Program-made: the position numbers and the translations under genes | Shown: one piece after another, positions 16,017 through 26,431 of the stretch | How positions within the stretch are numbered: position 1 is the first letter of the stretch | Layout: the number at the start of each line of letters is the position of its first letter | Notes under the pieces: generated by a model | The model's database searches: none | The model's input: the letters and a program-made list of their open reading frames with translations, nothing else | Told to the model about the DNA's origin: nothing | Source: an uncultured virus (IMG/VR IMGVR_UViG_3300008952_000017) | Taxonomy: Duplodnaviria; Heunggongvirae; Uroviricota; Caudoviricetes | DNA: 56,610 nt | Strand: one strand, 5' to 3' | IMG/VR virus record: IMGVR_UViG_3300008952_000017

Positions 16017-19000
16017 ATGAGAAAAATGGAAGATAAAACGAGAGAACTAATTGATGAACTAACAGAGATGATAGAAGGTGATGTGACTGAGTTCACACCA
16101 CAGGCCGAGTTGGATGATATAATCAAAACACTGGGAGAACTCAGGACTCCAATAGACCTATTGAAAGATGGACGATTGGAGAAAATGGGAAAAGACCTAT
16201 TCAAAGTATCACATGATAGTCTCCATCCTCTGACTAACAAAAGTATTCGGGGATTACCAATGCTTAGCGTCAAAGTAGAGCGATTAGAGTCATACCTATC
16301 ACTGTTACACAAGATGGGGGTTATGGACAAGGCAGTAAGAAACGATAGAGTGATTGGAGAGATGCCCCAAGAAGCGCAGACCACTATCTTCCAGTATTTG
16401 AATGAACTGATGGTATTGGAAGAGGCAGCAACAGTTGTCCCTGTTGATAAAGAAGATAGGGATTACCTCATCGGTGAATTATCTGCGGCCATCTACCACA
16501 AAGCATGTGAGGCCATAGATGAGAAGGGTGTCAGTATATTCGGTGGTAGCCTAAACCTTGTCCGCTCACATTCACACATAGATGATGATGCTGTGAATAG
16601 AATACCACACTACAAGACTCTAGCAGAGAAGGCCTACAAATACTACAATGATTCTGATTTAGATGGATTCACTGATGGGAGAGAGTTTTCAGTAGTATCA
16701 ACACTGTTTGCTTGGGAGATTCATCCTTCTACTCCACAGACATCTCAGAAGGCTAGAGGTATTCAAAAACTGACTGAATTGAATAACACTTATTCATGGG
16801 TTACTAGGCCTTGTGTATTCCTACCACTACTCAGTGTAGTAGAGGGCACCAAATATGATATAATCACTTCATTGACTGTTTCTGGAGTAGTGTCTATTAG
16901 TGATTTTAGTAATGATAGGCCACTATACATTCGCACTTGCCCTAGCACCCCAAGACCTGGAGTGCTACCTAATATCAAAGCAATAACGCAACAAGAGGTA
17001 GTCGAGGGTGCAAAATTCCTAGCCAATTCGATGCTCAACCCTAACCATGCAGATTATGACCCTAATGGGGTTCTATGTGTTATGGCATTCGAGGAGAGCG
17101 TGATGTCTGCAGTATTGGCTCGCTATCAAGACACCATTGTCTGTGCGAGAGGTAATGCTGGAGTCACAGCAGCACAAGGTGGTGCGATTATTATTCAACT
17201 CAATCACAATGCTACAAAGAAAATTGAGAATGACATTCAAAGATGTTCCTTAGACGATGGCTACGACTACCACGAATTGGAGTTTGTGTGGCCAAAGGAA
17301 GATGAAGTCACAGGTCAGATTTGGCACCCCCATCGTAGTATCTCGGTGGGGAAATCAAGCATAGAGGCCAGCCCTATACTCACCCAACTACGTGGTTTGG
17401 CTACGCAGAAGCCGGATATTAAACCAGCATCCACATTTGAGCATCCTGAGACGGGAGAGATTATTACAACAACCATCAGGGGCAATGTCCCTGCTGGTTT
17501 TGTTGTGCAACAAGCCGTTGAAGATGTAGGGAGAGGAGACTTAGCAGACTGTGCTAAGTTAGAGAAGATGATTAACGATGGGGACATACCTGACGGTTTA
17601 GTAGTCTACTGCCCTTCGGGTAGCCCCAATGCTCATGCTGCTGGTGTTTGTAGTGAACATGTTATACCTATCATCTACGGCATTCAACCTTGTGATGATG
17701 GAATCACATGGACAGAGATTAACTCATGGGTGACTACAGTAGAAGGAGTAGAACCCTTACCTTACGACCCATCACCTTTCAAAGAGTATTTCTTCATAGG
17801 GTGCAAGGAAGGAGACCGCTACTGGGACTATGGATATCATGTGCTATCGCAGTTCTTCCACACTTTCATAAATGGACCATTGAATGACCCCCGATTCGAG
17901 GCATACTTGGCTGGATTCTTCGCATCGTGGGTCATCAAAGCCTCCATAGCAGTGGCCTTAGGAGAAGCAAGATATGGATTCCAATCAAGAGCCAAGTATT
18001 TCCCAGTGCATGGTGCTATCACTATTACAATTGCAGAGGGACTAGCAAATAAGCCGGAAGATGAGAATCCAATAAAAGATTGGGCTTTGAGAGACGTATA
18101 CTATTCACTACTACGATGCAGGGAGGTCGGGCTAGAATCCCTCTATGAAATACTCGCTGGACTCACAAGGGTTTACGAAGAGGATGTAAACTGGCCTGAC
18201 TCCTATGGAGGTAAGAATTACCGAGAATCATGCGAGAAAGGAATGGACGCTGTTAAATCATTGATGAATTTCAGAGATGGGAAAGTTAGTATCCAAGAAG
18301 TCCTCAATAGAGTGAATGTCTTGGAGAATGCAGTTCACAACTGCAACTTCTTCTTTGATAAGTTTGTTGCTAACAAGCAATACTTCGAGATAGGCACTAG
18401 GAACCACTCCTCATTAAATACAATACCTCAGCAATTCATCATAGCATCTGCACTACATACGAGATTCTATACTCAAATAGTCGACGAACCCCATATGATA
18501 TGGCAAGATGCTAAAATATACAAGTCGGGAGTCGTTAATGAGAACGGATACAAAGTAGCCAATCACAGGCTACTAACTGAATTACTACCAAGACTCAGCA
18601 GAGAAGACATCCACAGTAGCCTACACTCTTACTCAGAACACCTCGAAGAGTCAACAAAGAGATTCACCACAACAGCAGAAAAGCCATTCCACGAATTAGG
18701 AGTGTGTGGTTTGTTAACTTGTCTGAATGAAAAGTGTGTTGAATCGCATTTGCTCGACGAACTCGGACTCAACACAAAGCAGACTGCCCGCTTATCCCAA
18801 ATCATCTGTTCGGAGGTGGGTGGTAGTTCAGGGGGCGGACTTTGGAAGAAGTGGGTTCACCCTCTAGATGCATTTAGCGGTATTATTGAAGACCATGCCC
18901 CCAAGCATTATGACCCCCACCCGATGATTCTATCATCACCTAATAGGTTAATCGAAGATTGGTCTTTACCTTTCGAGATTAAACATGGTGCCCTTTACGC

Positions 19001-19706
19001 AAAGAATCCCGAAGCCCCTAATATGCTTTGGATGCCTGAGGGAGGCAAACTATCTCACATCGACATAGCATTTGAACCACTTGTCGTTGCATGCAGAGAC
19101 ATATTCAAAAATGCAACAATTCTAGATATTCTCTACCTATGTGATTCAATAATCCCGTCGGACAACACCTTACCACCGTCAGTAGATGCCCAAAATGCGT
19201 ATGGACCTGCTAATCAGAGAGAGGGTTTAGACGATTTAACATCCACAGAGTTGCTAACATATATGGGTCTACCCAATCATGAAATAGACTCTATCTCGCC
19301 TACTACACATGGCTTAATAGAGATGACAACAGACTTAATCCTACATTCAGAATTCCCAACAGAGGGGCTATACGATAATTATAGTAAGAAGTTCCACTTT
19401 GGGCATCCTAGTGATTGGAGATATTGGCCATTACAGAATATACTCATGAAAATGGCTCGTATCATGCTGGAAGAGAAGATTATCAATAATAGTCACAACT
19501 ACGGCACTTCCTACACATGGGAATCGCCCTCTAAGTTGCAACCTACCCCTGCTACTGTTAGGGGCAATTACTCCCTATTCAATAGAGTAGGAGGTTTGAA
19601 AAATGCAATTGACATATTATTGGCCAATTCAAATATAACAACTTCAGACCTAGCCGCCTTAGCGGATAGACACACACTCCACCTACAACAGGAGGAAGAA
19701 AAATGA
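16017..19706 (+). CDS. PEP-synthase/PPDK-like dikinase: ATP-grasp plus phosphohistidine swivel domain plus unknown C-terminal domains
   Basis: QKARGI, PLYIRTCP..PRPGVL, SAVL, HELEFV and LTQLR parallel the GGK.., VRS..PG, SGV, DIEW and LQAR motifs of PPDK_N. GSPNAHAAGVCSEHVIPIIYG parallels the swivel motif G..SHAAIVARE.GIP.VVG (His codon 17634). Confidence 0.7.
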   Translation: MRKMEDKTRELIDELTEMIEGDVTEFTPQAELDDIIKTLGELRTPIDLLKDGRLEKMGKDLFKVSHDSLHPLTNKSIRGLPMLSVKVERLESYLSLLHKMGVMDKAVRNDRVIGEMPQEAQTTIFQYLNELMVLEEAATVVPVDKEDRDYLIGELSAAIYHKACEAIDEKGVSIFGGSLNLVRSHSHIDDDAVNRIPHYKTLAEKAYKYYNDSDLDGFTDGREFSVVSTLFAWEIHPSTPQTSQKARGIQKLTELNNTYSWVTRPCVFLPLLSVVEGTKYDIITSLTVSGVVSISDFSNDRPLYIRTCPSTPRPGVLPNIKAITQQEVVEGAKFLANSMLNPNHADYDPNGVLCVMAFEESVMSAVLARYQDTIVCARGNAGVTAAQGGAIIIQLNHNATKKIENDIQRCSLDDGYDYHELEFVWPKEDEVTGQIWHPHRSISVGKSSIEASPILTQLRGLATQKPDIKPASTFEHPETGEIITTTIRGNVPAGFVVQQAVEDVGRGDLADCAKLEKMINDGDIPDGLVVYCPSGSPNAHAAGVCSEHVIPIIYGIQPCDDGITWTEINSWVTTVEGVEPLPYDPSPFKEYFFIGCKEGDRYWDYGYHVLSQFFHTFINGPLNDPRFEAYLAGFFASWVIKASIAVALGEARYGFQSRAKYFPVHGAITITIAEGLANKPEDENPIKDWALRDVYYSLLRCREVGLESLYEILAGLTRVYEEDVNWPDSYGGKNYRESCEKGMDAVKSLMNFRDGKVSIQEVLNRVNVLENAVHNCNFFFDKFVANKQYFEIGTRNHSSLNTIPQQFIIASALHTRFYTQIVDEPHMIWQDAKIYKSGVVNENGYKVANHRLLTELLPRLSREDIHSSLHSYSEHLEESTKRFTTTAEKPFHELGVCGLLTCLNEKCVESHLLDELGLNTKQTARLSQIICSEVGGSSGGGLWKKWVHPLDAFSGIIEDHAPKHYDPHPMILSSPNRLIEDWSLPFEIKHGALYAKNPEAPNMLWMPEGGKLSHIDIAFEPLVVACRDIFKNATILDILYLCDSIIPSDNTLPPSVDAQNAYGPANQREGLDDLTSTELLTYMGLPNHEIDSISPTTHGLIEMTTDLILHSEFPTEGLYDNYSKKFHFGHPSDWRYWPLQNILMKMARIMLEEKIINNSHNYGTSYTWESPSKLQPTPATVRGNYSLFNRVGGLKNAIDILLANSNITTSDLAALADRHTLHLQQEEEK

Positions 19707-20350
19707 AAACAAACGAGATAACAAAAAATATGGAGATACACAAGAAAGTAAAGAACGGTGCAGACCAACCTGATATGTGGCTGGAAGATACGGATAACTA
19801 CAAAGAATCCGCGACTCCACACTTCAGGGTTAAGGTCTCAACACTAGCCCAAGTAGGTAAAATACACCTACAGTTCGGCTGTCCTGATGTTGAGGGACTA
19901 CACAAAGACATGAAAAGGGATATAGGTTCTCCTTTCATTCACCTCACTGGACATTGCCTACGCCCCTATGGGTTGGCCTTCGACATGATGGTCAAGAATG
20001 GAACGATAGACCACCACCAAATCCAAGAGATTGGAATAGCAGCAGAGAAGCACGGTGTGAGAGTCGATTCACTTGCCCAGGCCTCTGACTATACCATGAT
20101 GGTGTATGAAGGAGTGGTTGATGGACACATAGACTCTATCGAAAGAGATGGAGAGAGTGTTGTTACGATGCAACGAATGATGTTGCAGTTCCACGTTGGA
20201 GAAGAAAAGAATAAGATGTTCATACCCTTCGATGGTATAGCCTCTATCGGCAACGATGTAGGAGTTATAGTGCCAGAGATATCACCGGCTTGGATGTTGG
20301 CGTGGCTATGTGCTCGCTACTTCGAGGACAAAGAAGAGGAGGTGCAATGA
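19703..20350 (+). CDS. hypothetical protein
   Basis: ATGA-coupled to the dikinase-like gene. Confidence 0.75.
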   Translation: MKTNEITKNMEIHKKVKNGADQPDMWLEDTDNYKESATPHFRVKVSTLAQVGKIHLQFGCPDVEGLHKDMKRDIGSPFIHLTGHCLRPYGLAFDMMVKNGTIDHHQIQEIGIAAEKHGVRVDSLAQASDYTMMVYEGVVDGHIDSIERDGESVVTMQRMMLQFHVGEEKNKMFIPFDGIASIGNDVGVIVPEISPAWMLAWLCARYFEDKEEEVQ

Positions 20351-20611
20351 ATGGGAGTCCCAGTAGAGATGATTCTTTCGCTCTTAGTGAAAACCAAGCA
20401 TGAGGGTGGTGACATCCAAGAGTTGTTGAGTAAGACACCATCTTTCATGCTCCTTCAGACTCTTGAGTTTGCTCGAGAGAATCTCCCGATGGTCAAGAAG
20501 AACAAACAGGAATCAATGGATTCTGTAATGAAAGGAATAGAAACACATTTGGGGCTAGATAAGATTCGTGTCAAATGTGAAATTACCACCAATATGGAGG
20601 CTTACGAATGA
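20351..20611 (+). CDS. hypothetical protein
   Basis: GGAGGTG SD; abuts both neighbours. Confidence 0.7.
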   Translation: MGVPVEMILSLLVKTKHEGGDIQELLSKTPSFMLLQTLEFARENLPMVKKNKQESMDSVMKGIETHLGLDKIRVKCEITTNMEAYE

Positions 20612-22251
20612 CCTACTACGGAGCAACATCCTATGGAAGGAACGCATCAACAGAGTGCCATTGGGGGAACCCTCTAGCATTCACTACAATTGACGGAATA
20701 AAGGTTCATGCCGGAGGTAGTAGTCGAGGGGGAGGCTGGTGGAAGATGGAGCCACTACCCAACCTAGCACTAGGGCCTGATAGTGAAGTCAAGAAAGGCT
20801 ACGGTCACCTACTCGTGAGAACAACGTCTAAAAATATGGATGGCTGGACATGTATGGGCAACCTCGTAGAGAGGAAACCCCCAGCAGTATTAGAGATGGA
20901 TTTCCCTGACTACGGTGTCCCATTGGACTGCGACAAGGAGTTTTGGGAGGCGCTTGCTGTCGATATCAGAGAGAGAAATATCAAGGTTATCCACACTATG
21001 TGTATGGGTGGTCATGGTAGGACTGGTATACAGTTGGCTTGCTTAAGATGGCACCTAGCGACCGAAGAAGAGAGGGAGGCTTGGCCTGACGCTCACACTT
21101 TGATTATGAGTATCCGTGAAAAGTATTGCAGCAAGGCAGTAGAGGGTGACTCACAACAGGATTATGTTGCAGAGATGTGTGGTATTCCTATTGGAGATAG
21201 GCTATCCTTCCACAAATACGGAGGAGGGTCATACACCGGCACCACCCATTCTTCTTACAAGAGGGACACAAGGAGTAGTTTGACTGCACACAACAGAAAG
21301 ATTCTCTCCTGTGATGAGTGTGACTTAGTGACTGTGGAGGACCATGAATCGAACATCAAAGAAGATGAATACTGCTGGGACTACACATGTAGAGGTATGT
21401 TCGCAGATATCACTGAGGATGTCGTGATAAGAAGCAAAGCACAGACACCAGGTGCTGCTATTTGTCTAACTACAATGGATATCACCTCCGAGATAAATAT
21501 GATGAAATTAGATATCCTAAGTGAGGAACTAATGGAGAAGATACATGGAAAGGATTGGGATAAGGTGCTTCAGAAGTTAATGAGTAATCACAAGAAGACT
21601 ACTCTCAGAGGAAAACTAATTCGCCAAATAGCCCTTTACTTTTCTCTACCCGAACAAAAGAAGGCAGAGAGTGGAGATATCTTGGTATGTGTCACTGATA
21701 TTACATGTGACCCAAGAATGGAAGGACATTACATCCCTAATTACAACAAGAAAGGTAAGGATGTGAAGTTTAGCAGTCGCTCCTTTACTGATTGTGGCTT
21801 TTGCAAGGAGAGGGTTTCTCCCAATAAAATGACCTATGCTACTATGGTAAGTCAGGGCAAAGCATTAGAGAAAATGTATTGTATTTGCTCTGAGTGTGTT
21901 GTGACACTCGGCCCTTATGAGTTAGATGATAGATTAGTAGAATCAGACGAAGCAAAACACGCATTTGTGGATTTAGCAGCATTTGATAATCCTGACGCCG
22001 AAGCAGATGTTCGGAAAGTAAGGATAGTAGATTATCTCAGCCCACAGCATGTCTATCATCTCAAAACGATGAGAGAGAATCACAAGGGTTCGACTAACGA
22101 TGTTAAGGACACAAGGGAGGCTTTGCAAGATTTAGGACTGAATAACAACGAAGTCCCTGAATATGAATATCTACAGGCTGAACTGTGGGATAATGATGAT
22201 GACGATGATAGCACGGCTCCATTGATTGGAATAGGAGGGAACGGAAGATGA
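20608..22251 (+). CDS. PTP/dual-specificity (CX5R) phosphatase with C-terminal Zn ribbons
   Basis: P-loop CMGGHGRTG (21001-21027), FPDYGVP general-acid loop, VE..SQ Q-loop; CDEC, CGFC, CSEC. Confidence 0.8.
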   Translation: MTYYGATSYGRNASTECHWGNPLAFTTIDGIKVHAGGSSRGGGWWKMEPLPNLALGPDSEVKKGYGHLLVRTTSKNMDGWTCMGNLVERKPPAVLEMDFPDYGVPLDCDKEFWEALAVDIRERNIKVIHTMCMGGHGRTGIQLACLRWHLATEEEREAWPDAHTLIMSIREKYCSKAVEGDSQQDYVAEMCGIPIGDRLSFHKYGGGSYTGTTHSSYKRDTRSSLTAHNRKILSCDECDLVTVEDHESNIKEDEYCWDYTCRGMFADITEDVVIRSKAQTPGAAICLTTMDITSEINMMKLDILSEELMEKIHGKDWDKVLQKLMSNHKKTTLRGKLIRQIALYFSLPEQKKAESGDILVCVTDITCDPRMEGHYIPNYNKKGKDVKFSSRSFTDCGFCKERVSPNKMTYATMVSQGKALEKMYCICSECVVTLGPYELDDRLVESDEAKHAFVDLAAFDNPDAEADVRKVRIVDYLSPQHVYHLKTMRENHKGSTNDVKDTREALQDLGLNNNEVPEYEYLQAELWDNDDDDDSTAPLIGIGGNGR

Positions 22252-22688
22252 CCAAGTTTGAGATAAACGAAGAATTAGTAGAGAAGCATAACAAAGAAGA
22301 AAAGAAGCCTGAGAATAGATTTAAACAAGTAAAGGAGATACTCAATAATGCAACCCGAGTATACAACACATCTGAAGGTAAATACTTGATAGAAAAGGCC
22401 ATTGAATGCATAGATAGGCACATAGCAGAAATCAAGAAAGATGAGATGCTATCGCACTTAGCAGGGAGCATACAGGAAGCCTGTGATGCAGCAGATACTA
22501 TCCTGTATATGATGGAAGACACAGGTCTAGCCGAGAGCAACGCCATCTACGACGAGCGATATTTGGCTGACGAAGAAACATACCACAAGGAAGGCGAAGG
22601 AAAAAAGGACTACGACCCCAGCGGATTTACCCCTGCGGGGCGAGAAATGTTCGAGTGCATATACAATGAGTTTAGGGGTGATGAGTAA
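22248..22688 (+). CDS. hypothetical protein
   Basis: Coupled ORF in the operon-like run. Confidence 0.7.
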   Translation: MTKFEINEELVEKHNKEEKKPENRFKQVKEILNNATRVYNTSEGKYLIEKAIECIDRHIAEIKKDEMLSHLAGSIQEACDAADTILYMMEDTGLAESNAIYDERYLADEETYHKEGEGKKDYDPSGFTPAGREMFECIYNEFRGDE

Positions 22689-23365
22689 TGAATATAGGAG
22701 GCGATAACAACAAACTACCTGAGTTCTCACTAAGAGAGAGAAGACTCATCAGCACCATGACGACTCTCAAAGCAGCAGCCGCTGACGGTTCATACTTCTT
22801 CTTCATGGAGATGTGCGATGCTGATGGGGTGTTCACGGCTATAGACGAGGATTTTTCTTGGAGAACAGCCGATGGAGTTGAAATGGATGGATGGGAAAAG
22901 TATGGTGAGCCCTGCTTACCTTGGAACGAGGACTTCAAGGAGGCCCTACAAGGGGAGGGCCGGCAGTGGGCTTGGGAAGGTGCAGACCATGCCCTACTAC
23001 GTTTCATAACTGATGTGCTCAATGAGGATGATTGGACTTTGGAGAGTTTGAATGAGTCTATAATGATAATCATTACTAATTGGGCAGACGCCACAATAAA
23101 ATTAAAAAAGGTTGCAGACGACAACGGAATTCCTCACAATGACATCCAAATAGTCATGGATGCAGTCACTGAGGTTGCAATGTTCGGAAAGGCAGAAGAC
23201 GCAACAATTTGGGCAATTACTTGTGTAATCCACAAATCGACCTCACATTTCCATGAGTGTATTTCATGGACAGAAAAGAGAGTAGAGAAAATAGTCTCCA
23301 TACTTGTAAAAGTTGGAGCAATAGATAAGATTCCTAAGGAGAAAGGAGACGAGAACAATGAATGA
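22688..23365 (+). CDS. hypothetical acidic protein
   Basis: TAATG overlap; GGGGTGA SD. Confidence 0.7.
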   Translation: MNIGGDNNKLPEFSLRERRLISTMTTLKAAAADGSYFFFMEMCDADGVFTAIDEDFSWRTADGVEMDGWEKYGEPCLPWNEDFKEALQGEGRQWAWEGADHALLRFITDVLNEDDWTLESLNESIMIIITNWADATIKLKKVADDNGIPHNDIQIVMDAVTEVAMFGKAEDATIWAITCVIHKSTSHFHECISWTEKRVEKIVSILVKVGAIDKIPKEKGDENNE

Positions 23366-24122
23366 AGAAGATATTGTAATTGATTTGAAGAAAAAAACAG
23401 TGGCTTTGGGAGAAGTCACCATCGACATTTTGAATCAGCGTATCACTGTTAGTGGTATGTTAGATTCAGAAGTAGTTGATGTGAATGCGAGAGATTGGTC
23501 GAATGACATCCAAACTGACCAAATGTTCTACGATGACCCAATACACTCTTTCGGGGATATTGGGAGCACAGAGGATGAGGAGATTACATTTATCCCTCCT
23601 CCAATTGTAAGTGCAAGCAGAACAGTCCGAAGTGGGAAACTCATGGAAGATGCCGCTAAGCGCAGGAAATCATGGGTTGGTAAAACGGTGATTGTCCTCA
23701 AGGATGAACACCTGCCTCTATTGAATGGCTCTGAGTGGATGGTCACGAAGCATATCAATGGTGCTCTATACAGAGGAATGTTGGTTAGTTGCCCACCTGC
23801 AAATGGAGACGAGTGGAACGGTAAGAAGGCCAGCATACTTCTCCGCCACCAGCACCACGAATCAGATTGGATATTCCATCACGATAGGGTGAAGAAGGAA
23901 GAACCCACTGTTATCGAGGAAGAGGAACCGGAAATATGGGACCGCTCAAAAGCCAACTGGTCTGATTTCAAGACATGCAGTAGGTGTGGATTGACTGGTG
24001 TTAACAAGAGAACCTGTGACTCAGTCTTATCAGACGACAAAACTTGGTTGCAGAGGCACCGAGTCAAGAAGCCTGAGGGAACATGGCTAATATACGACGG
24101 CAGCGCAGAATTGGAGGAATAA
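23358..24122 (+). CDS. hypothetical protein with a Zn-knuckle-like motif
   Basis: CSRCGLTGVNKRTC. Confidence 0.7.
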   Translation: MNEEDIVIDLKKKTVALGEVTIDILNQRITVSGMLDSEVVDVNARDWSNDIQTDQMFYDDPIHSFGDIGSTEDEEITFIPPPIVSASRTVRSGKLMEDAAKRRKSWVGKTVIVLKDEHLPLLNGSEWMVTKHINGALYRGMLVSCPPANGDEWNGKKASILLRHQHHESDWIFHHDRVKKEEPTVIEEEEPEIWDRSKANWSDFKTCSRCGLTGVNKRTCDSVLSDDKTWLQRHRVKKPEGTWLIYDGSAELEE

Positions 24123-24124
24123 AT

Positions 24125-24862
24125 ATGACACAACAGACCATAAATGAAGACGACATAATAGAAAGATTGGAAGCCGGTGAGAGGACTATTGAGGATTTGA
24201 AAGATTCTTTAGAATCGACACTTCTTCTTCTTGGAAATCTAACCGCTAAATACACCTCTTTAGTGGACAGGTATGAAGCAAAGAGCGATGCGAATCAAGT
24301 TATGATTAAGAGCATTGTAGACCTCATCCAACTCGACACGTCAGAGATATCCGGTATGTTTGCCTCAGGCCTGTTGGCGGAAGGAAAACTGGAGAAGATA
24401 GTGGAAGATGCTCAGAAAAAGGCGACGGCGGCGGTTCGTAAGGATATCAATAAGTGGAAAAAGACATGGAAGGAGGTGGACGATGAGGCACTACCACCGG
24501 CTCTATTTGATAAGGTAATATCGAAATTAAAAGAAGAGGAGGCTCATGTCGCTGCAGCAGAAGTAGCAGAATACATAGATTTGGCTGACATTGCTAACCA
24601 TTTAGACGAGGAAAGTATTGCATACCACATGTCCGAAGGGGAAGTCGCAGACCACATACCCGTAGTGGACGTCGCAAACCAGATAAGCCTAGCATATCTT
24701 GCAGAGCATATATCCAATGAGGAAGTTGCTACTTTCATGGATGCGTCAGAAGTAGCATTACACATTGATGTAGCAGACCTATCAAACCACGTTATAGAGC
24801 AATTGGACACTATAATCGCTACTGCAATAGCGGAAGCGGAGGCGAAGGTAAATGGAAATTGA
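24125..24862 (+). CDS. coiled-coil protein with nine 9-residue repeats
   Basis: GGAGG SD before ATG 24125; VAEYIDLAD-type repeats at 24563-24805. Confidence 0.75.
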   Translation: MTQQTINEDDIIERLEAGERTIEDLKDSLESTLLLLGNLTAKYTSLVDRYEAKSDANQVMIKSIVDLIQLDTSEISGMFASGLLAEGKLEKIVEDAQKKATAAVRKDINKWKKTWKEVDDEALPPALFDKVISKLKEEEAHVAAAEVAEYIDLADIANHLDEESIAYHMSEGEVADHIPVVDVANQISLAYLAEHISNEEVATFMDASEVALHIDVADLSNHVIEQLDTIIATAIAEAEAKVNGN

Positions 24863-25160
24863 GAAGAAATTAGCAAAATTAGCGGCGTTTGAAGCGGCGG
24901 AGGACTTGAAGAACAGATGGCTCCCCTTTCATGCATTAGAAAGTGACTTGAGTGAGTTATTCAAGATTAGGAGAGAAGTAGAAACTGCTGCTATACACGC
25001 AGAGGAAGCAGAGGATTATTGCACTTCCTTAGGTATCGACCGCCCTCATCATGCAAGTGATGAACTATGGGAAGCCCATGCAGCGATAGAGGGTTTAATT
25101 GAAAAAACTGAGAAGGAAGTTAACACTCTGTTCGAGCAATTGTCGGAGGAAGAGGAATGA
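24852..25160 (+). CDS. hypothetical helical protein
   Basis: Overlaps the previous gene; ends EEEE. Confidence 0.7.
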   Translation: MEIEKKLAKLAAFEAAEDLKNRWLPFHALESDLSELFKIRREVETAAIHAEEAEDYCTSLGIDRPHHASDELWEAHAAIEGLIEKTEKEVNTLFEQLSEEEE

Positions 25161-25597
25161 CTACATTCAATGATGAAAATAGGAACACCCCTTATCACAA
25201 ACTTGAGTGGATTCACTTCGCAATTCAAGAGGCTATGAATGGAAACATAGAGGAACTCAACCGAGCACTCCCTCTCGTTGAGGACTTAAGAGAAGACCTC
25301 TTACAAAAAATAAAGGAGAGTGAAGACTTGAAACTTACTGTGGCTGCGCAAGCCGTGATTGTTCATGACTACAATGAACAACAGTCCGAACTCAAACAAT
25401 TGCGCGAAGCAACGGTGACAAATATAGTGCGGGTGAAAGATAAAGCCTATGTGACTATTAGATACCCTGATACGGATGAGCATTACGGCTACACGAAGAT
25501 AATGGAAGTGGATATGGAAGATGTTATGTTGGCAGAATCCTTCGGGGCTGATGAAGGAAGAACAATGGTTGATGATGATGGAGGCGAGGAAGAATGA
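25157..25597 (+). CDS. hypothetical protein
   Basis: ATGA junctions at both ends. Confidence 0.7.
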   Translation: MTTFNDENRNTPYHKLEWIHFAIQEAMNGNIEELNRALPLVEDLREDLLQKIKESEDLKLTVAAQAVIVHDYNEQQSELKQLREATVTNIVRVKDKAYVTIRYPDTDEHYGYTKIMEVDMEDVMLAESFGADEGRTMVDDDGGEEE

Positions 25598-25890
25598 GCA
25601 TAAGCAAAGAAGAGATTATCAAATACCTACTGAGCAACAGTGAGGGTTATGATGACCCCAAGTTTCACAGTGTGAACAGGGAGAATTGGACTATCGCTGA
25701 CCTGTTCATCAGACAGCACTTCAACAACGGCTGTGATGGCTTTGGTATGAAGAATGTCGCAAAGGTATACGACTATTTGGTGGAACACAAGAAGGAACTC
25801 ATAGAATACAACCTTCTTTCAAGAGATGGAAGAAACAATTTCGGCTTCCCACTATGGACTAATTACAAGATAGGAGGCGAGGAAGAATGA
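25594..25890 (+). CDS. hypothetical protein flanked by 20-bp direct repeats
   Basis: GGAGGCGAGGAAGAATGAGC at 25580 and 25873. Confidence 0.7.
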   Translation: MSISKEEIIKYLLSNSEGYDDPKFHSVNRENWTIADLFIRQHFNNGCDGFGMKNVAKVYDYLVEHKKELIEYNLLSRDGRNNFGFPLWTNYKIGGEEE

Positions 25891-26066
25891 GCGAACATGA
25901 ATGTAATGAAGTCGAAGTAGAAGGTGGAGAAGTAGAGGCGGGGTGGATTTTAGCCCTTTGCACTTGCCTAGAATGCGGCAGACAATATAGAATCAGCGAG
26001 AGAATGGACAAGGCTGTGATTTGGGATGAAGGAGATGGCTCTTGCTTACCGGAGGGAGAAGAATGA
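25887..26066 (+). CDS. 59-aa Zn-ribbon-like protein
   Basis: MSEHEC...CTCLECGRQY...EGEE; ATGA junctions; absent from the track. Confidence 0.6.
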   Translation: MSEHECNEVEVEGGEVEAGWILALCTCLECGRQYRISERMDKAVIWDEGDGSCLPEGEE

Positions 26067-26431
26067 CTCCTTGGAAACACGCTGAGTCATCAGCCATGAA
26101 ATGGGGAGGAAACGCCATAGATTACATTCACATCCATGATTGGTTGGATGAAACCAAACAATTTACCGGAGACTGGACACACAGGGCTTTACGACACCAC
26201 TCTGCTGGTGTCCAATGGGCCATAAGGAGGTTCGGCCACACAGTAAAGACCTCAGACGGAAAACTGATACCAACAAAGATGGTAGTAGAACTACACATTG
26301 AAGAAGACTGTGGGTTTATCCCCACAGTAGCACACTACCTTGAACCATTGAGGGAGAATCCAATAGAATGGATGCTCATGGTCAAGGTAAAGACAACAAA
26401 TATGATTCCCATAGTGGAGGAAGAAGAATGA
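26063..26431 (+). CDS. DUF6915-like protein
   Basis: HAESSAMKWGG..DYIHIHDWLDETK..HRALRHH..G..HIEEDCGFIPT matches the remembered family pattern. Confidence 0.65.
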   Translation: MTPWKHAESSAMKWGGNAIDYIHIHDWLDETKQFTGDWTHRALRHHSAGVQWAIRRFGHTVKTSDGKLIPTKMVVELHIEEDCGFIPTVAHYLEPLRENPIEWMLMVKVKTTNMIPIVEEEE

